Assembly: GCF_000143415.4 (NCBI RefSeq)
Contig: NW_003314293.1
Coordinates: 1,556,457-1,620,456 of the forward strand
Origin: Selaginella moellendorffii
Lineage: Eukaryota > Plantae > Lycopodiophyta
Length of the DNA: 64,000 nt
Direction of reading: 5' to 3'
The position numbers and the translations under genes are program-made. This document shows positions 26,320 to 38,700 of the stretch, piece by piece. Positions within the stretch are counted from its first letter, which is position 1, and each line of letters opens with the position of its first letter. The notes below the pieces were generated by a model. The model did not search any database. It saw only the letters and a program-made list of their open reading frames with translations, and was not told where the DNA came from.

Positions 26320-26768
26320 GGGACTTTGGGATAACATTTCGGAACACTATGGCCCTACACAAGCCTCATAAGTACTCTCCCCACCTTCCACCTTTGGGTG
26401 CTCTAACCATGGGCTTAGAGTGAAGTTCCATTGAGCCACGCCAGGTATCCAAGAAGGTAATGCCACCCACACTTAGACTGAGAGCATTGACCATTCGATC
26501 TCCTAAAGGAACTAGAATCAGCTTTTAAACACTTCACAAAGCTACCCTGATTGTATTGTTCCTTTTGTGTCCCTTTTTTAAAGGTTCACTTACTGTTTGC
26601 TTCATGCTCGTTCTCGAGCACTTCATTGGGAGTTGTGCTCCCACTTTTGATTATTCAAGTCAAAGCTTTTAGTTCAAACATGTTACTCCTGTTTGGCTTC
26701 CACTTCAGCCACTACCACATGGCACCTTTTCGACTCCACTTTTAGAGCTCTAAGATTTATGTCTCACA
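26320..26768 (-). mobile_element. Diverged, internally deleted LTR fragment of the family at 1-6746
   Basis: 26560-26768 is the reverse complement of about 5015-5225, and 26320-26555 of about 5940-6175. It ends at the LTR 5' boundary (...GTCTCACA). Confidence 0.85.
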
Positions 26769-26773
26769 AAATG

Positions 26774-28700
26774 TTACATCATAGTATCATGGGAATAGAG
26801 TTCTTGCAGTATGTTTGGTTCATCCTCATATTTCTTATCGAAGACCAATAAAGCAAAGCTTTCCAGTTTGTACTTGTTTTGCAGCAGCTTTCCCCACTCA
26901 GATTCAAATGGAACCTGCAAGATGAGCACAAAGAAATGACACTGCAAGTAGGAGAATAGATGGTGTACCTGATATAGCAACCAGTTATTCCTCTCAGGCA
27001 TGCAAGGTTCGCATTTTGATGGAACGAAGACTACATCTGGATCCAGCTGTGATACTCATAGTAAACATACACATACATGCAACGATAAATGATACCTCCC
27101 AAATGCCAGGTGACACGCTCACAAGCAGATTGTGGTCCAGTGCTCGGGCCCTGTCCTTCATTTGTGCGAGAACCTCGCACAAATGCTTTCTGGTGCTGGA
27201 TGTACTGATGACGCCCCAGCACCCGACGGAGAAGCACATGTTGCCGCTTGCACCACAAGACTTTCCATGTCCTCCTAGTAGATATGCTTGCAGTCAGTGA
27301 GCGTCATTGAAAGGTAGTTAGCAACTCTTCTCAAATCCCCATGGGCCTTTTGGTAGGCAGTGGCAAAACGCTCCTTCCTTTTCTTCTGTGTCTCCTCAGG
27401 TCATGTATTTGCTACAGCTGTAAGAATTGATTCATTTCAGAATCACGAATGTGTCTTACCGAGCTCCTTTACGTCACAGACGTTTGGAATTGGAAGCTTA
27501 TACGTGTCAGGAAGCAGCATATGGAGCCATGATTTAGCTTCGACGGATTGCTTTCCAGCCTCCACCTCGGTATCCGGCACCACGATTGAAAGTTGAGCTA
27601 GAACTCTCTTTGCCTCACCACCAAGGAAACAAAAGTTGCGTTCGAGACCATAAACTTTTATGTGCACAACAGGCTCCATCTTCTTGCCATAAGCTTCGTC
27701 ACCCTGCGAGTAAGATTTATGCATCTCATCCTTCTTCCATAACTTTGTTGGCACTGGCTCTTTATGTTTTGGTTTATACTGCCAAGTGGCTGGAAAAACA
27801 CTTCTTTTGACATCTTCGTGTTTTGCTTGGCATCCGGATCTTGAGTAATGGGAATGTCCCATCGCAAGTTTCATCTAAGTATTCCAAAGCTTCTAATTAG
27901 CAAGTATGCAGGACAATAAAAACATCTGATCAAGATATGGAAAATGGTCGTCTTATAACACACATGTGGCAGTGGAAGAACGTTTTTGCTTCTGCTTGAC
28001 ACTTGTTCATCCTTGGATTTTTTCCCCTACTAGTTTGCTGTTCTTCCTGCAGCAGGACAAGCATCATGAGGATTAGCAAAGCAAAACTTTCGATACCAAC
28101 AGCACGGAAGTCACATTTAAATTCTTGCTTCTCGTTGGACTGTGGTACATATTGACTCCCATCTAGACAAGTTAAATATAATGAAATGAAGTGAGAACTC
28201 AGTTGGAATAGGGCCGTACAAGTACGGCCGGAAAACTGTGGGGACTTCTTCCCCACGACTCGGGTAGTTGCAGTATCTGCTCCCGGTGCTGCACCAAGTT
28301 GGTTCCGTGGGAGAGCATTGGGCACTCATCCTTGTGCCTATTGGTGACTTGCTCTTTTCCTGGCGTGGTGAAGGCTGTTGTTGTGTCCCTCTTCTGGGCG
28401 CTAAACTTGGTCGTGGTATTCTAGATCCTGATGCACTTGTATGACGGTCAAACCTCTTGTGTGTGGGCCTTCATCCCCACTAGCACTGGCTGGCTGGTGT
28501 AGTTGCTGTTTCCACAGAAGGCTTTTTTCTTACTCTTTGAACTCACAAGCTTGCAACAGCTCTCTACACGGCCATCTCACCAAATCCTTATAGATGTAGG
28601 CAGCTTATTTCCATAGACGGCCTCCAATCGCTTCACAGCTGTAGACTCTCGTCCTTAGTCCTGTAACAAGCCCCAGTGTTAAGCTTGATGCACTCCCACA
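26774..28700 (-). pseudogene. Decayed multi-exon gene or TE gene of unknown family
   Basis: Cluster of 70-143 aa minus-strand ORF pieces with plausible splice acceptors and in-frame stops; no motif recognised. Confidence 0.3.
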
Positions 28701-28739
28701 AGGAAATCAGTGCTAGAGGTCAGGAATATCTCTTTATTG

Positions 28740-30087
28740 TGTCATCCAATGCCTAGTAATTTGTCGGTAATCTTCCTTGCCACCTTCTTTGTGCTGAGAA
28801 TATGTCATAATGCTTCGTCCCGTGTGTAATCCATAATTACGTGAAGCGTAGTAGACCTGGAATAAGTAGTTTCTACTTTTTATGTTCTCTTTAGGGAGCT
28901 CCATTGCAAGATATAATCCAGGTGTGCATACTAGCCAAATGCAAGATGCTCAAGATCCACTTGATGAACATGAAAACTAATAGTGAAGAGATAACACTTT
29001 TAGGTGTAAACATTGAGGAGATGAGCAGAATGACACTAGTAACAATTATGAAGATGATTAATTCTAGTAATTTCACCATAGAACATTTGAACATTGTTGG
29101 CATAGTGGTAATGATCATTCAGCTTCTTAAAGACAACTTCTAGAATTTTTAATAAATATCCTGTTCCATAGAAGTTTCAATTTCAAAATAGATACCTTAT
29201 ATTAACAGAATTATTAAAGATAAAATTCTAAAAATCCATAAAATATCAAGTATAAATTTTAAAATATACTTAATCTTATGCTTAAAACATTTAATATACG
29301 TATGTAATAGGGTAATCATATCAGTTCTTATCTAGATAACACTCCACAATGGATCAATGCACATAGATTTTGGTTTGCAAATTCCGCCTCTTATAATCTA
29401 TATAATTCCCTGGTAGCGAGATAGTTTCACTCCGTGTCTCCGCTTCATCTGGTTTCAGCAAGACTCCTGTTATCCTATGGCCATTGTACACTACTCCCGT
29501 TATATATGGCTGCATTGTCGGGAAGCGATGCTCCAGAAAGACTTCTTCTACCATTTGTTCCACGCATTTGCCAGGAACGTTGGCCTCGTGCACCTCGAAG
29601 AGAGTGCAATCGATGTAGATAGTGTTCGACCATGCACGTAGTACCTCCATTTGCAGAGCCAGTCGAATAAACCTCTTTCCCAGCGCTGCCTAAGCATGCT
29701 CCACCTTTGCTGGTATGACAACCTTTGTGTGTGTTTTCCTCGTCTTGTTCATCCTCGTCCAACCTAAGAGGGTCTAGGAAGCGGTTTACGAGTCGCGCTG
29801 GTAGATCGGAAAGTGCTCTTTCCTTCGGTACTCCTTTGGATTTGCAGCTACAATGGTAAAAATGTAGCGATCCTCGCTCATCTGGTGCCACTGTTGCTCA
29901 AGCTCCTTGATTTTCTTTTCCAACCACTCTTCATTCTCTCCTGGTGTCTTACTTTCGATCTGTTCGTACCGTTGGATGATAGTCCTTAAAGCTTATTCAA
30001 GCTATTGCATAGTTTTGTTTGAACCCTCTAGTCTTCGTCCTCCAGCTTATTGCTGTTGAATCGGCATTTTCTATAGACAACGATCTT
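28740..30087. repeat. Dispersed repeat copy 2, paralogous to 17512-19550
   Basis: Same blocks as copy 1; both encode a minus-strand peptide TIYIDCTLFE...VF.EHRFPTMQP...VVYNGHRITGV. Confidence 0.85.
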
Positions 30088-30288
30088 GGCAGCCCAGCGT
30101 AGCAACGAAGAAAAGAATATACTATGCCCTTGCGGTGAGAGATTGATAGCTTATTGCTGACGGTGTTGAATCTCTTCTATTGACAAATCCAAAGCTTATG
30201 ATCGTAGAGGTTACTACTAGCGGAAATTTTACCAGTCGCGAGGAGTAAAAATCTTGCTCCAACGTAAAACAAAGAAGAAAAGAATTTA

Positions 30289-32020
30289 CTATGCGGTCGC
30301 GGTGAGAGATCCATCCTTGATGAGCTTATTGCTGAGGCTGTTGAATCGTCCCTTGGAGTAGCGCCGCGACGCCTTCCGCCAATCCGTGCCAGTTCTCATC
30401 ACCCTCGCGAACTCCTCGTAGCTCACCAATCCATCCTTATCCGCGTCCACCTCCGCCAGGATGTCCGCCACCACCTCGCCGCCATCGCCGCCGCCCGGCT
30501 CCTCCGCCAGCGCCGCCGCCAGATCCTCTTTGTCCAGGAACCCGTTGGCATCCTTGTCGAGCCGATCAAAAGCCTTGCGGAGGTGGTCGTCGCTGTCGAA
30601 CCGCTGCTGGAGGTAGACGATCACGGTGACGAACTCGCCATAGTTGAGCACCCCATCGTTGTCCTCGTCCGCGGCGTCCATCACCGACTTGAGCTCCACC
30701 TCGGCGTACTCGTTCGTGACGATGGTGGGCGATTTCGCCAGCCCGATCTTGAGCTCGTCGAGCGTGATCCCGCCCCGCCCACTCGAGTCCATGGCCTCGA
30801 AGATCTCCCGCATGCCGGCATTCTCCTCCTGCGACAGCTCCTCCGCGATGATCTCCAGCGCCTTCTTGCGCAGCTTGTTGAGCGCCGCGAACTGCTTGAG
30901 CCGGGTCCGCACGGCGTCCAGCGGTACATTTGGCGCGTGCTTCCCCGCGCGGTGCAGCCAGGGGTGCTCCAGCACCTGCGACGCCGAGAGGCGGAGCCGC
31001 GGGTCGGGCTCCAGCATCCGGCGGACGAGGCTCTTGGCGGACTCGGACACCGCCGGCCACGGCTCGCGCCGGAAGTCGAGCACGCCGCGCAGTATGGCCT
31101 GCGCCACGCCCTGCTCGCTCTCGGCCCAGAAGGGCGGCACGCCGCACAGCAAGATGTAGAGGATGACGCCGGCGCTCCACACGTCCACCTCGGGGCCATA
31201 GTTGCGCTTGAGGACCTCGGGCGCCATGTAGTAGGGGCTGCCCACGATCTCGTTGAATCGCTCCCCGGGACGAAAGAAAACCGAGAGCCCAAAGTCGATG
31301 GCCTTGAGCGCCGAATTCTCCTTGCGGTTGGCGAAGAGGAAGTTCTCGGGCTTGAGATCTCGGTGCATTACTCCCTGGAAAACAAAATGTATCATTCACC
31401 ACCAACCACATGACATAGGTATGATATATCCATGCATGCATGAAATATACGTATGCACTGTCATGCATATACATGATCAAACATACCTGGCGGTGACACG
31501 CCTGTACGACCTCGACGATGGTACGGATGACCCCCGCCGCCGCGCGCTCCGTGTAGTGCCCCCGCGCGATGATCCGATCAAACAGCTCGCCGCCCGCGCA
31601 CAGCTCCATGACGATGTGCACCGCGCGCTCGTCCTCGTACGCGCCCTTGAGCGCCACGATGTTGGGGTGTGGCGGCAGGTGGCGCATGATCGCCACCTCG
31701 CGCCGCACGTCCTCGATGTCCACCGCCGTCTTGAGCTTGGACTTGGAGATGGACTTGCACGCCAGCAGCTCCTGCGACTCCTGCTCCATGCACAGGTACG
31801 TGACGCCGAACTCGCCGCGCCCCAGCTCGCGCCCCAGGTTGTAGCGCTCCTTGATCGAGCTCCCGGTGCGCTGCTCCGCCTCCAGCACCGTCAGCTTGCG
31901 CTGCCCGTTCTCGCTGTCCTTGGCGTAGGGGTTGCCCTTGAATCGCTTCTTCTTCCCTCGAGGCTTGTGGGAGTCTTGATCGCCCGCCTCTCGGGGTGGT
32001 GTCGCGCAGCAATTCCCCAT
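30289..32020 (-). CDS. CPK: Calcium-dependent protein kinase (group III-like); 2 exons (32020-31487, 31374-30289)
   Basis: MGNCC N-terminus, [36 protein letters not shown], junction domain, four EF-hands and TDWRKASR tail. One GT-AG intron at 31375-31486. Confidence 0.97.
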
Positions 32021-33547
32021 CTGATCTTGCAGCTAGAGCTCCAGGAGGGCGGAAAAAAGCGATTTTTCTCCCTGGAACCCGCGACTTTGACGTCCGCTCA
32101 AACGCTTTTCTTCGCTTTCTTATCTTTATAGCTGCGGGACGAACTTCTTCTCGGCTGGAAGACTTTTAAGCCGCTGCCACTTTTTCTAGAGCTTCCACTC
32201 CTGCAGGTTTTCGTTGTTTCCTGGCGAATTCCCGTGGATCTCTGGAGCCCGAGCTGAAAAGTCTAGTTTTTCCCTGAGAAGAACCACCTTTGAAGACTAA
32301 TTCTTTGTTTCCTTGTCTTCCAAGTTCCAAGCTTGGATGTTGCCTGCTCTGATCTGAGAGAAACCTGTGCCGTTTTGTTTGGATTGCTAGCTACCCATTG
32401 CTTTCCCTGCCCCTGTTTTGTGGGCGAAAATATCGCTACTTAGATGATGCTACCGGCTGACCGATTGATATCACTGTTAAACCTGTGCAGCAACAACGAG
32501 ACAAACGTCAGTCCATCCATCCCCGCGGCTTCATTGCGCTGGTGAATCCAAATCCACAACATCCACCAAGAACAATCCAGCAAAAACAATCACCAAACCG
32601 AAAAGAGGGCAGCCAGGCATTCAAAGAGGGCCGACGAGGAGGGAGGAATTCACGGACTCTTGTCAAAAACCCGGGCACCAAATTCCTCCAAGCACCAATT
32701 CCAGCGATCTCTCGCAAGCTAGTCTCCTCCACTCCATCCCATCCGAAGAGCAAACAGGGAAAAAAAAGAGGCTTTTCTTCTCACTCACCTCAGACTTGGT
32801 TCGTGTCGACCTTCGCTGGTTGGATGCTCGTTTTGATGAATCCAAGGTTTGGGCGCTATTGCTAACGCCGGAAATGCTGCGCCTGCCTTGGATCATGGAT
32901 CCGGGGCCTCCAATCCGGAAGAAAAATAAGAACACTCGGCTGGGACTGCTCATGGGTCATGAGTCCCGCGGCCCGTGTTGACTTTTCTCGAGAGAAAGAA
33001 GAAGGCCAAACGCAAATCGGGTCCAGTCCACTCCCGAGCTTCTAGAGGCGCAACCACAGCACAAAGACGACGAGCCAGAAAGAAAGAAGAAAACAAAGAG
33101 AAAGCTCCATTTTACACTGCTAATAAGATAGGGAGGCTGGGATTAATTTCTTAAGGTTGCTTAATATAATCTCTTGTCACTCTTCCAACCCAAGCACCGC
33201 AAAATAAAAAAAGAGCCTTTTTTCTCTCTCTCTTTTTCTTTCTCCTTTCTCCCCTTAAAGCATTTGATCGCAAAGCTTTTACACAACAGCTCCTGAAAAG
33301 TACTGAGCAGCAGCGACTCGGCGTACAAAGGTGAGCAAAAAAGAGAGTTTTTTCGAGCTATGGAAACTGTAGAAGAAGATAATCAATCTTCGAGCTATGG
33401 AAACTGTAGTAGAAGAAGATAATAAATCATGAACTGTAAGCTAGATAGATACGGCTAGCTACACCAACAGCAAAAACAAAGAAGGAAGAAAAACGAGAGC
33501 TTTACCTGTGTAGAGTCTTTGTTCCTTCGTTGTTGTCAGCGTTTCTC

Positions 33548-35512
33548 TTAGTCGAGCTTCACCGAGGAGAACAGGTAGTGCGTGAAGTAGAAGCTTGTCA
33601 AGAAGCCGACCGTCCCGGTAGCGAGCATGAGCGCCAGCACCATGAGTAGCGTGTATCCCATGTAGAGCATTGCCGACACCGGCCCGCTCAAGCTGTGGAG
33701 ATCGAACACCAAGTAGTTGATCGCGTATAGCAGGACGTAGAGTGCCACCGAGCCCGACGCGAAGAAGGATTTCCACCACCACCGCCAGTCCTCGACGCAG
33801 AGGTGCATGTAAGTCAGCACCACCGAGACCTCGGCGCAGACGATGACGAGCAGCACCAGGACCACGAAGAGGAAGCCGAAGACGTAGTAGAAGCGGCCCA
33901 TCCAGATGCTCGACATGATGAAGAAGAGCTCGATGAAGAGAGTTCCAAAAGGAAGCGTCCCAGCGCCGAGGACGAGCACCCAGGAGGGGTACTTTTGCGC
34001 AGGGACCTCGCGGGGGATCTGGTTCGTGCGCACCGGGAAGGAGATGTGCTCGGCTCGGACTCCCAAGTAGCCGCCGAAGAGCGTGAGTGGCACCGAGATG
34101 CAAAACCAGAGCGCCACCAGCACGAAGAACATCCAGAGCGGGATCGCTCCAGTGCTGTGACTTCCCCAGAGCAAGAAGTTGAGGAAGGTGAGGACGACGA
34201 ACGAGATCCCCGGGAAGAAGCAGGCCACTCTCCAGGCGATGGACCTCCATCCGGCAGAATCACCCAGCTTCAAAGTTTTCCACAGCCGGCAAGCAGCGTA
34301 GCCAGCCGAGATGCCGAGGAAGAGGTACAGCAGCACCATTCCCGTGAGCAGCATACCCCTCGACGCCGGCGACATGAACCCGAACGCTGCGAAAAAGATG
34401 GTGACGATGGCCATCCCGAGGATCTGTACTCCGCTTCCAACCATGACGCACAGCAGCTTCGAGTGAGGTGGCGGCCGGAAAACATCGCCCACAACGAGCT
34501 TCCACCCGGAGAGCTCCTCGTTCATCTGTGCCTGCGCCTCCTTGTCCAGCTCCTCATACTTGGTGAGATCCCGGCGAACAGTCCTCAAGAAGATGACGAA
34601 CACGATCCCGGCCAGGAACGCGATCACCATCAACGAGTTGAGAATCGAGAACCAGTGCACACGCGAGCCTTCCATCTTGAGATACGCATCCCACCGCGAC
34701 GGCCACCTCGTCGGGCTGATCTCAAAGCTCACCTCGTAGCTGAAAGTTAAGCTCGCACCAGTCTCCACCACCTGGTATCTCCCCCGATCCATCTCGCAAA
34801 CCACCTCCGGAAGCTTGTCATACATCTTTAGATCCTTGGTGCTCGACTTCTCGTGAGGATAGCTGCAAGGAACCACCTCGAATCCCACCACCACGTAGCC
34901 GGACAAGTTCTTGCCAGGAACCACGTCGAATCCATCCCCGGTTCCCATCACCGATCCCACACCCGTGTCCTCGTACTGGTGGATCAAGACTTTAAACTTG
35001 AGATGGTTGAAGATGTAGTAGCGATCGTTGGGGGGATGGAAGCCAACCAAGTAACCCGTCCAGCGCGTAGGCGGAAGATCCGAGTCGGGGATCACAGTAT
35101 ACCTCACCACTGGAAGATTGTCCAGCATGAGATTCACCTGGTAGACGTCGTCGATCCGGCGCTTGAGATGCTTGACATCGTTGTCCGAGAGCGTGTGGGT
35201 GCACAGGAAAATGCTGGATTCGTTGGTGTTCATCCGGAACCGGTATGGCGACGACTCGATCTCGTCGCCCATGAGGAGCTCGCCAAGATTCTCGGCGCTC
35301 TTCTTCACGCCGCCCTGGGGCTGGCAGAAGGGGAGGCTGTAGTAGCTGTAGGGGAGCTCCGTCTCGATGGAGGTGAGCGAATTCACCTTGGCGTAGAGAT
35401 CCTTGCCGTCGGGGTAAGCGTGCAAGTAGCTACCTGGTAAGTAGAAGGCGGCCGCATTGTGGATCCAGCACAGGATCGCGAGCGCCGCCAAGATCTCCAG
35501 CTTTGTCCCCAT
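33548..35512 (-). CDS. Transmembrane 9 superfamily / EMP70 protein (TMN11/12-like), intronless
   Basis: Signal peptide, FYLPG, ENLGELLMGD, VHWFSILNS, GWKLVVGDVFR, EDWRWWWKSF and C-terminal KLD (KxD/E motif). First ATG at 35512. Confidence 0.95.
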   Translation of the reverse strand: MGTKLEILAALAILCWIHNAAAFYLPGSYLHAYPDGKDLYAKVNSLTSIETELPYSYYSLPFCQPQGGVKKSAENLGELLMGDEIESSPYRFRMNTNESSIFLCTHTLSDNDVKHLKRRIDDVYQVNLMLDNLPVVRYTVIPDSDLPPTRWTGYLVGFHPPNDRYYIFNHLKFKVLIHQYEDTGVGSVMGTGDGFDVVPGKNLSGYVVVGFEVVPCSYPHEKSSTKDLKMYDKLPEVVCEMDRGRYQVVETGASLTFSYEVSFEISPTRWPSRWDAYLKMEGSRVHWFSILNSLMVIAFLAGIVFVIFLRTVRRDLTKYEELDKEAQAQMNEELSGWKLVVGDVFRPPPHSKLLCVMVGSGVQILGMAIVTIFFAAFGFMSPASRGMLLTGMVLLYLFLGISAGYAACRLWKTLKLGDSAGWRSIAWRVACFFPGISFVVLTFLNFLLWGSHSTGAIPLWMFFVLVALWFCISVPLTLFGGYLGVRAEHISFPVRTNQIPREVPAQKYPSWVLVLGAGTLPFGTLFIELFFIMSSIWMGRFYYVFGFLFVVLVLLVIVCAEVSVVLTYMHLCVEDWRWWWKSFFASGSVALYVLLYAINYLVFDLHSLSGPVSAMLYMGYTLLMVLALMLATGTVGFLTSFYFTHYLFSSVKLD

Positions 35513-35781
35513 GATCGGGGCGATTTCTCCCAGATCGGCGCCTCCACAGCTCAAGATCTAGACTATTTGCCCTGTGAATGCCCTAAATCTCCAATTTAAC
35601 GGAATCTTCCTTCTACCTATTTTTTCATCAGTGCTAACGGTGACAGAATATCCTTTGTGACGGGATATTTGGTAGAATCTAAAACGTAGTTTAGGGCTAT
35701 GGTGAATTCACATTAAAAGTGCTGTAGGGTTTTGCGCGGATCGATCGATCAATGCAGCTACTCCATTTGTGATCGCGTGGA

Positions 35782-38700
35782 ATGGCGGCACAGCCGCTAC
35801 CGGTTGTGGATTGGGAGGTTGGAATCGCTCGAATCTACATCTCTGTCTCTTCTTCATGCTTCGATCTGGAATTTTCTCGCAGGCTGTCAAAGAGGAGCTC
35901 GAGGCAATCGACGACTCGTGGAAGCAGCCTCGATTCGACTCCCTCACGCACGTCGTCGAGGTCCTCACATCGCATAATCCCGAGGACGCGACGCAGACGC
36001 TGCGAGAGCAGCGCGATGCGATTGAGGCGCTCGTGGATGATGTCGTCCGCGGCTACCACAAAGGATTCAACAAGGCAATCCATAATTATTCCCAGGTCTG
36101 GATGGACAGCGTTCTTTCTTTGCTTTTGCTGAGCTCGTGGTCTTTCCGTTTTTTTTTCTTCGTTTGGCTTTGTTCTAGATTTTGAGATTGTTTAGTGAAT
36201 CCGCCACAGGCTTGAGTGGCCTCAAGCTACAGCTTGCCGATTGCAAGAAACTCTTGGGTGCTCGACACAAGCAGCTCCAACAACAATGGTACCGTTCTGT
36301 TATACTCCGAAATGTGATCTCTCTACTGGATCAAATTGACAATGTTTCAAAGGCTAGTTTTTTTTATTTTCTTCGTCTCTTCTTTTGGTTCGTAACATTC
36401 CTCGTGTTTTCCGTCTCAGGTTCCAGCGAAAATAGAGCAGTATATCTCGGAGAAGCGGTATTATTCAGCTGTCCAGCTACATATTCAGTCAATAAGTATG
36501 CTCGAGCGGGAGGGAATTCAAGGGGTGTGTTTTTCTTTTACGCGTTTCAGTTTTCTACGTATATGAAGTGAAGTATTTTTCCTGGTGGCACAGGTCGGTG
36601 CTTTGCAAGACGTGCGTGCAGAGTTTTCAAACATGAAGGGCGTGCTTTTCTTCAAAGTCGTGGAGGATTTGCATTCCCATCTTTACGGTAAAGGAGAATA
36701 CAGGTTTGTCTGTACGGATAGATGTTGCCCCTCATCGAAGTTGTCTTTTTTTGCTCCAGCACTAGTGTTATCAGGGACAAGAATGCCGACGATGATCTAT
36801 TAAATATTGATACCATGGTACTTCCTGCTGGAAGTTCGCACCCTTTTTCACGACGGACTAGAGCGTTCAAGAAGTCGGAGAATGGTGGTGACGGGAGCGC
36901 AAACGGCCACGTCGAAGATCGGCGAAACTCAAGTGATAAAAGGTGCGTGGTATGAATGCAAAGCAGACATCTGATTTTCTTGTCCAGCTCTATATCTGCC
37001 GATAGTAAGGACGAGGAATTGAGCCAGGACGAAAGTGTCGGCAAAGAAAGTATGAAGCCCAAACGAGCGACGCTTGTTTGGCTAGGAGATGCGACCCCTA
37101 ACGAGTTTGTGGTATGAGAAGTGTGTGTATGTCCTTGATTGATCACGCTGCGCTCTTGTAGGAAGCTATAACCAAAAGTGATGCTACGCTGAACGTGAAA
37201 TACCTCCAGACAATGGTAGAATGCTTAAATTTGCTGGGAAAAACGGCTGCCGCTGGTGCACTCATCAGGTACATAAGATCGTTTTTTCCCCCGTTATTCT
37301 TGTTTCCTTTTTTATTTTCTGACTTGCTTGCTACAGCCAGCGTCTTAGGCAGACAGTACATGATTTGATAATCGAGGAAATCAAAGCACACGCAGTCGCA
37401 GTTGACGCTTCAAGGCCACGCGTTGGAGTCTCCAAAATATCAGTTTCTCACAAAAATGGCGTGTTAACTCTAGGCCTGAAGAAAGTTCAAGACAGCAAGC
37501 ATGCAAAGAAGGTGAGGGCTTCATCTGAAGCCTTGACGTCAATTGGGCCAACTGGACCCGGTCAAACGGCTGCGAGGAACCTCGTGGAGCCTGTCCTGGC
37601 CATGTTGGCCCGTGTACTAGGTATTGTACTCCATGCATCTTTGGACCTTGTGCAAGCTAACTGTAAAACTTGCAGCAAATCATGTGATTGTTGGAAAGGC
37701 TATGGAATCTCACACTGGAGATGATGATACTCATTCTGTGAGTGGATACAACATTGGCTTTGCTGTGACTGTCATTCAGGTAAGTTGTCATTCAAGAGTT
37801 GTTTTCTAGTTTCCGGTCTAACTTCCTGTTCGCAGAGTGAATGCCAGCAATTTATTTGCGACATACTTCGAGCTAATGCAGATGCTGCGCAGACCGATTC
37901 ATCTGGTCAGGCTGCAAGACAGTCAAAAGTCACTGCAGCGGATAAAAGGTAAGCTGTACTCACGTACTTTTCAAAATTCTTGTCTGATGTCCTCGGTCTA
38001 GCAATGCTGGCCCTGATGAAGGATTGTCGTTTACCTTTCGTTTTACGGACGCCATGTCTCTGCCTGGTAAGTTGTAGGCTCTGTCTTTTGGACTTCCATA
38101 ACTGTGATCGGGATCAGGAGCTGTTCCTCGACCTGTTCGTAGGCGCGGATCCGCAAACGCTCAAGAAGGCTTTGGGGTTAGTACAGTACTTAGTGACAGG
38201 GGCATGTACCTCATTGCATCACTGTACCGGCCTGTGTTAGAGGTATGGCTACGAGTTTTTCTTTTGTTTATCTGTTCCTCCTTTCAGTTCACAGATGGAT
38301 TTACGTCCTTGCTTCCAGAAAAATATGCTTCTCTTGGGTGAGAGTCTTTTACTTTTTCTAGCTCCCTTCTAACCATTGTCTTGCGTAGCAAGGAGGGTTT
38401 GCATAATTTTTTGGAGACCTTTATAAAGGACCAGTTTTTACCAAGAATCTACGTGGACTACAGAACTCGTGCTGCAGACGCCCTAGCAAGTAGGCCTATC
38501 TTTATATCTTATCTCTTTTCTCTGATGGAGAACTGATGTATTTCTTAGGCTCTGCCGCATTTCGTCTTAAAACGCGTTCATCCGTGACTAAAATGTCCTC
38601 CATCGCTTTACTTGGGCCTTCTGTGGCAGATCAGCTAGCTTCTGAGGTATGCTAGCACTGCTCCGTGATTCTCACTACCTGTTCATACAGGTTGTTGCGT

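Noticed and set aside
33353-33423. About 31-bp tandem duplication (TCGAGCTATGGAAACTGTAG...) downstream of TM9SF
   Set aside because: Real but a trivial slippage duplication with no evidence of function.
30583-35440. Long antisense ORFs over CDPK and TM9SF
   Set aside because: Shadow ORFs expected from GC-rich codon usage of the real genes.
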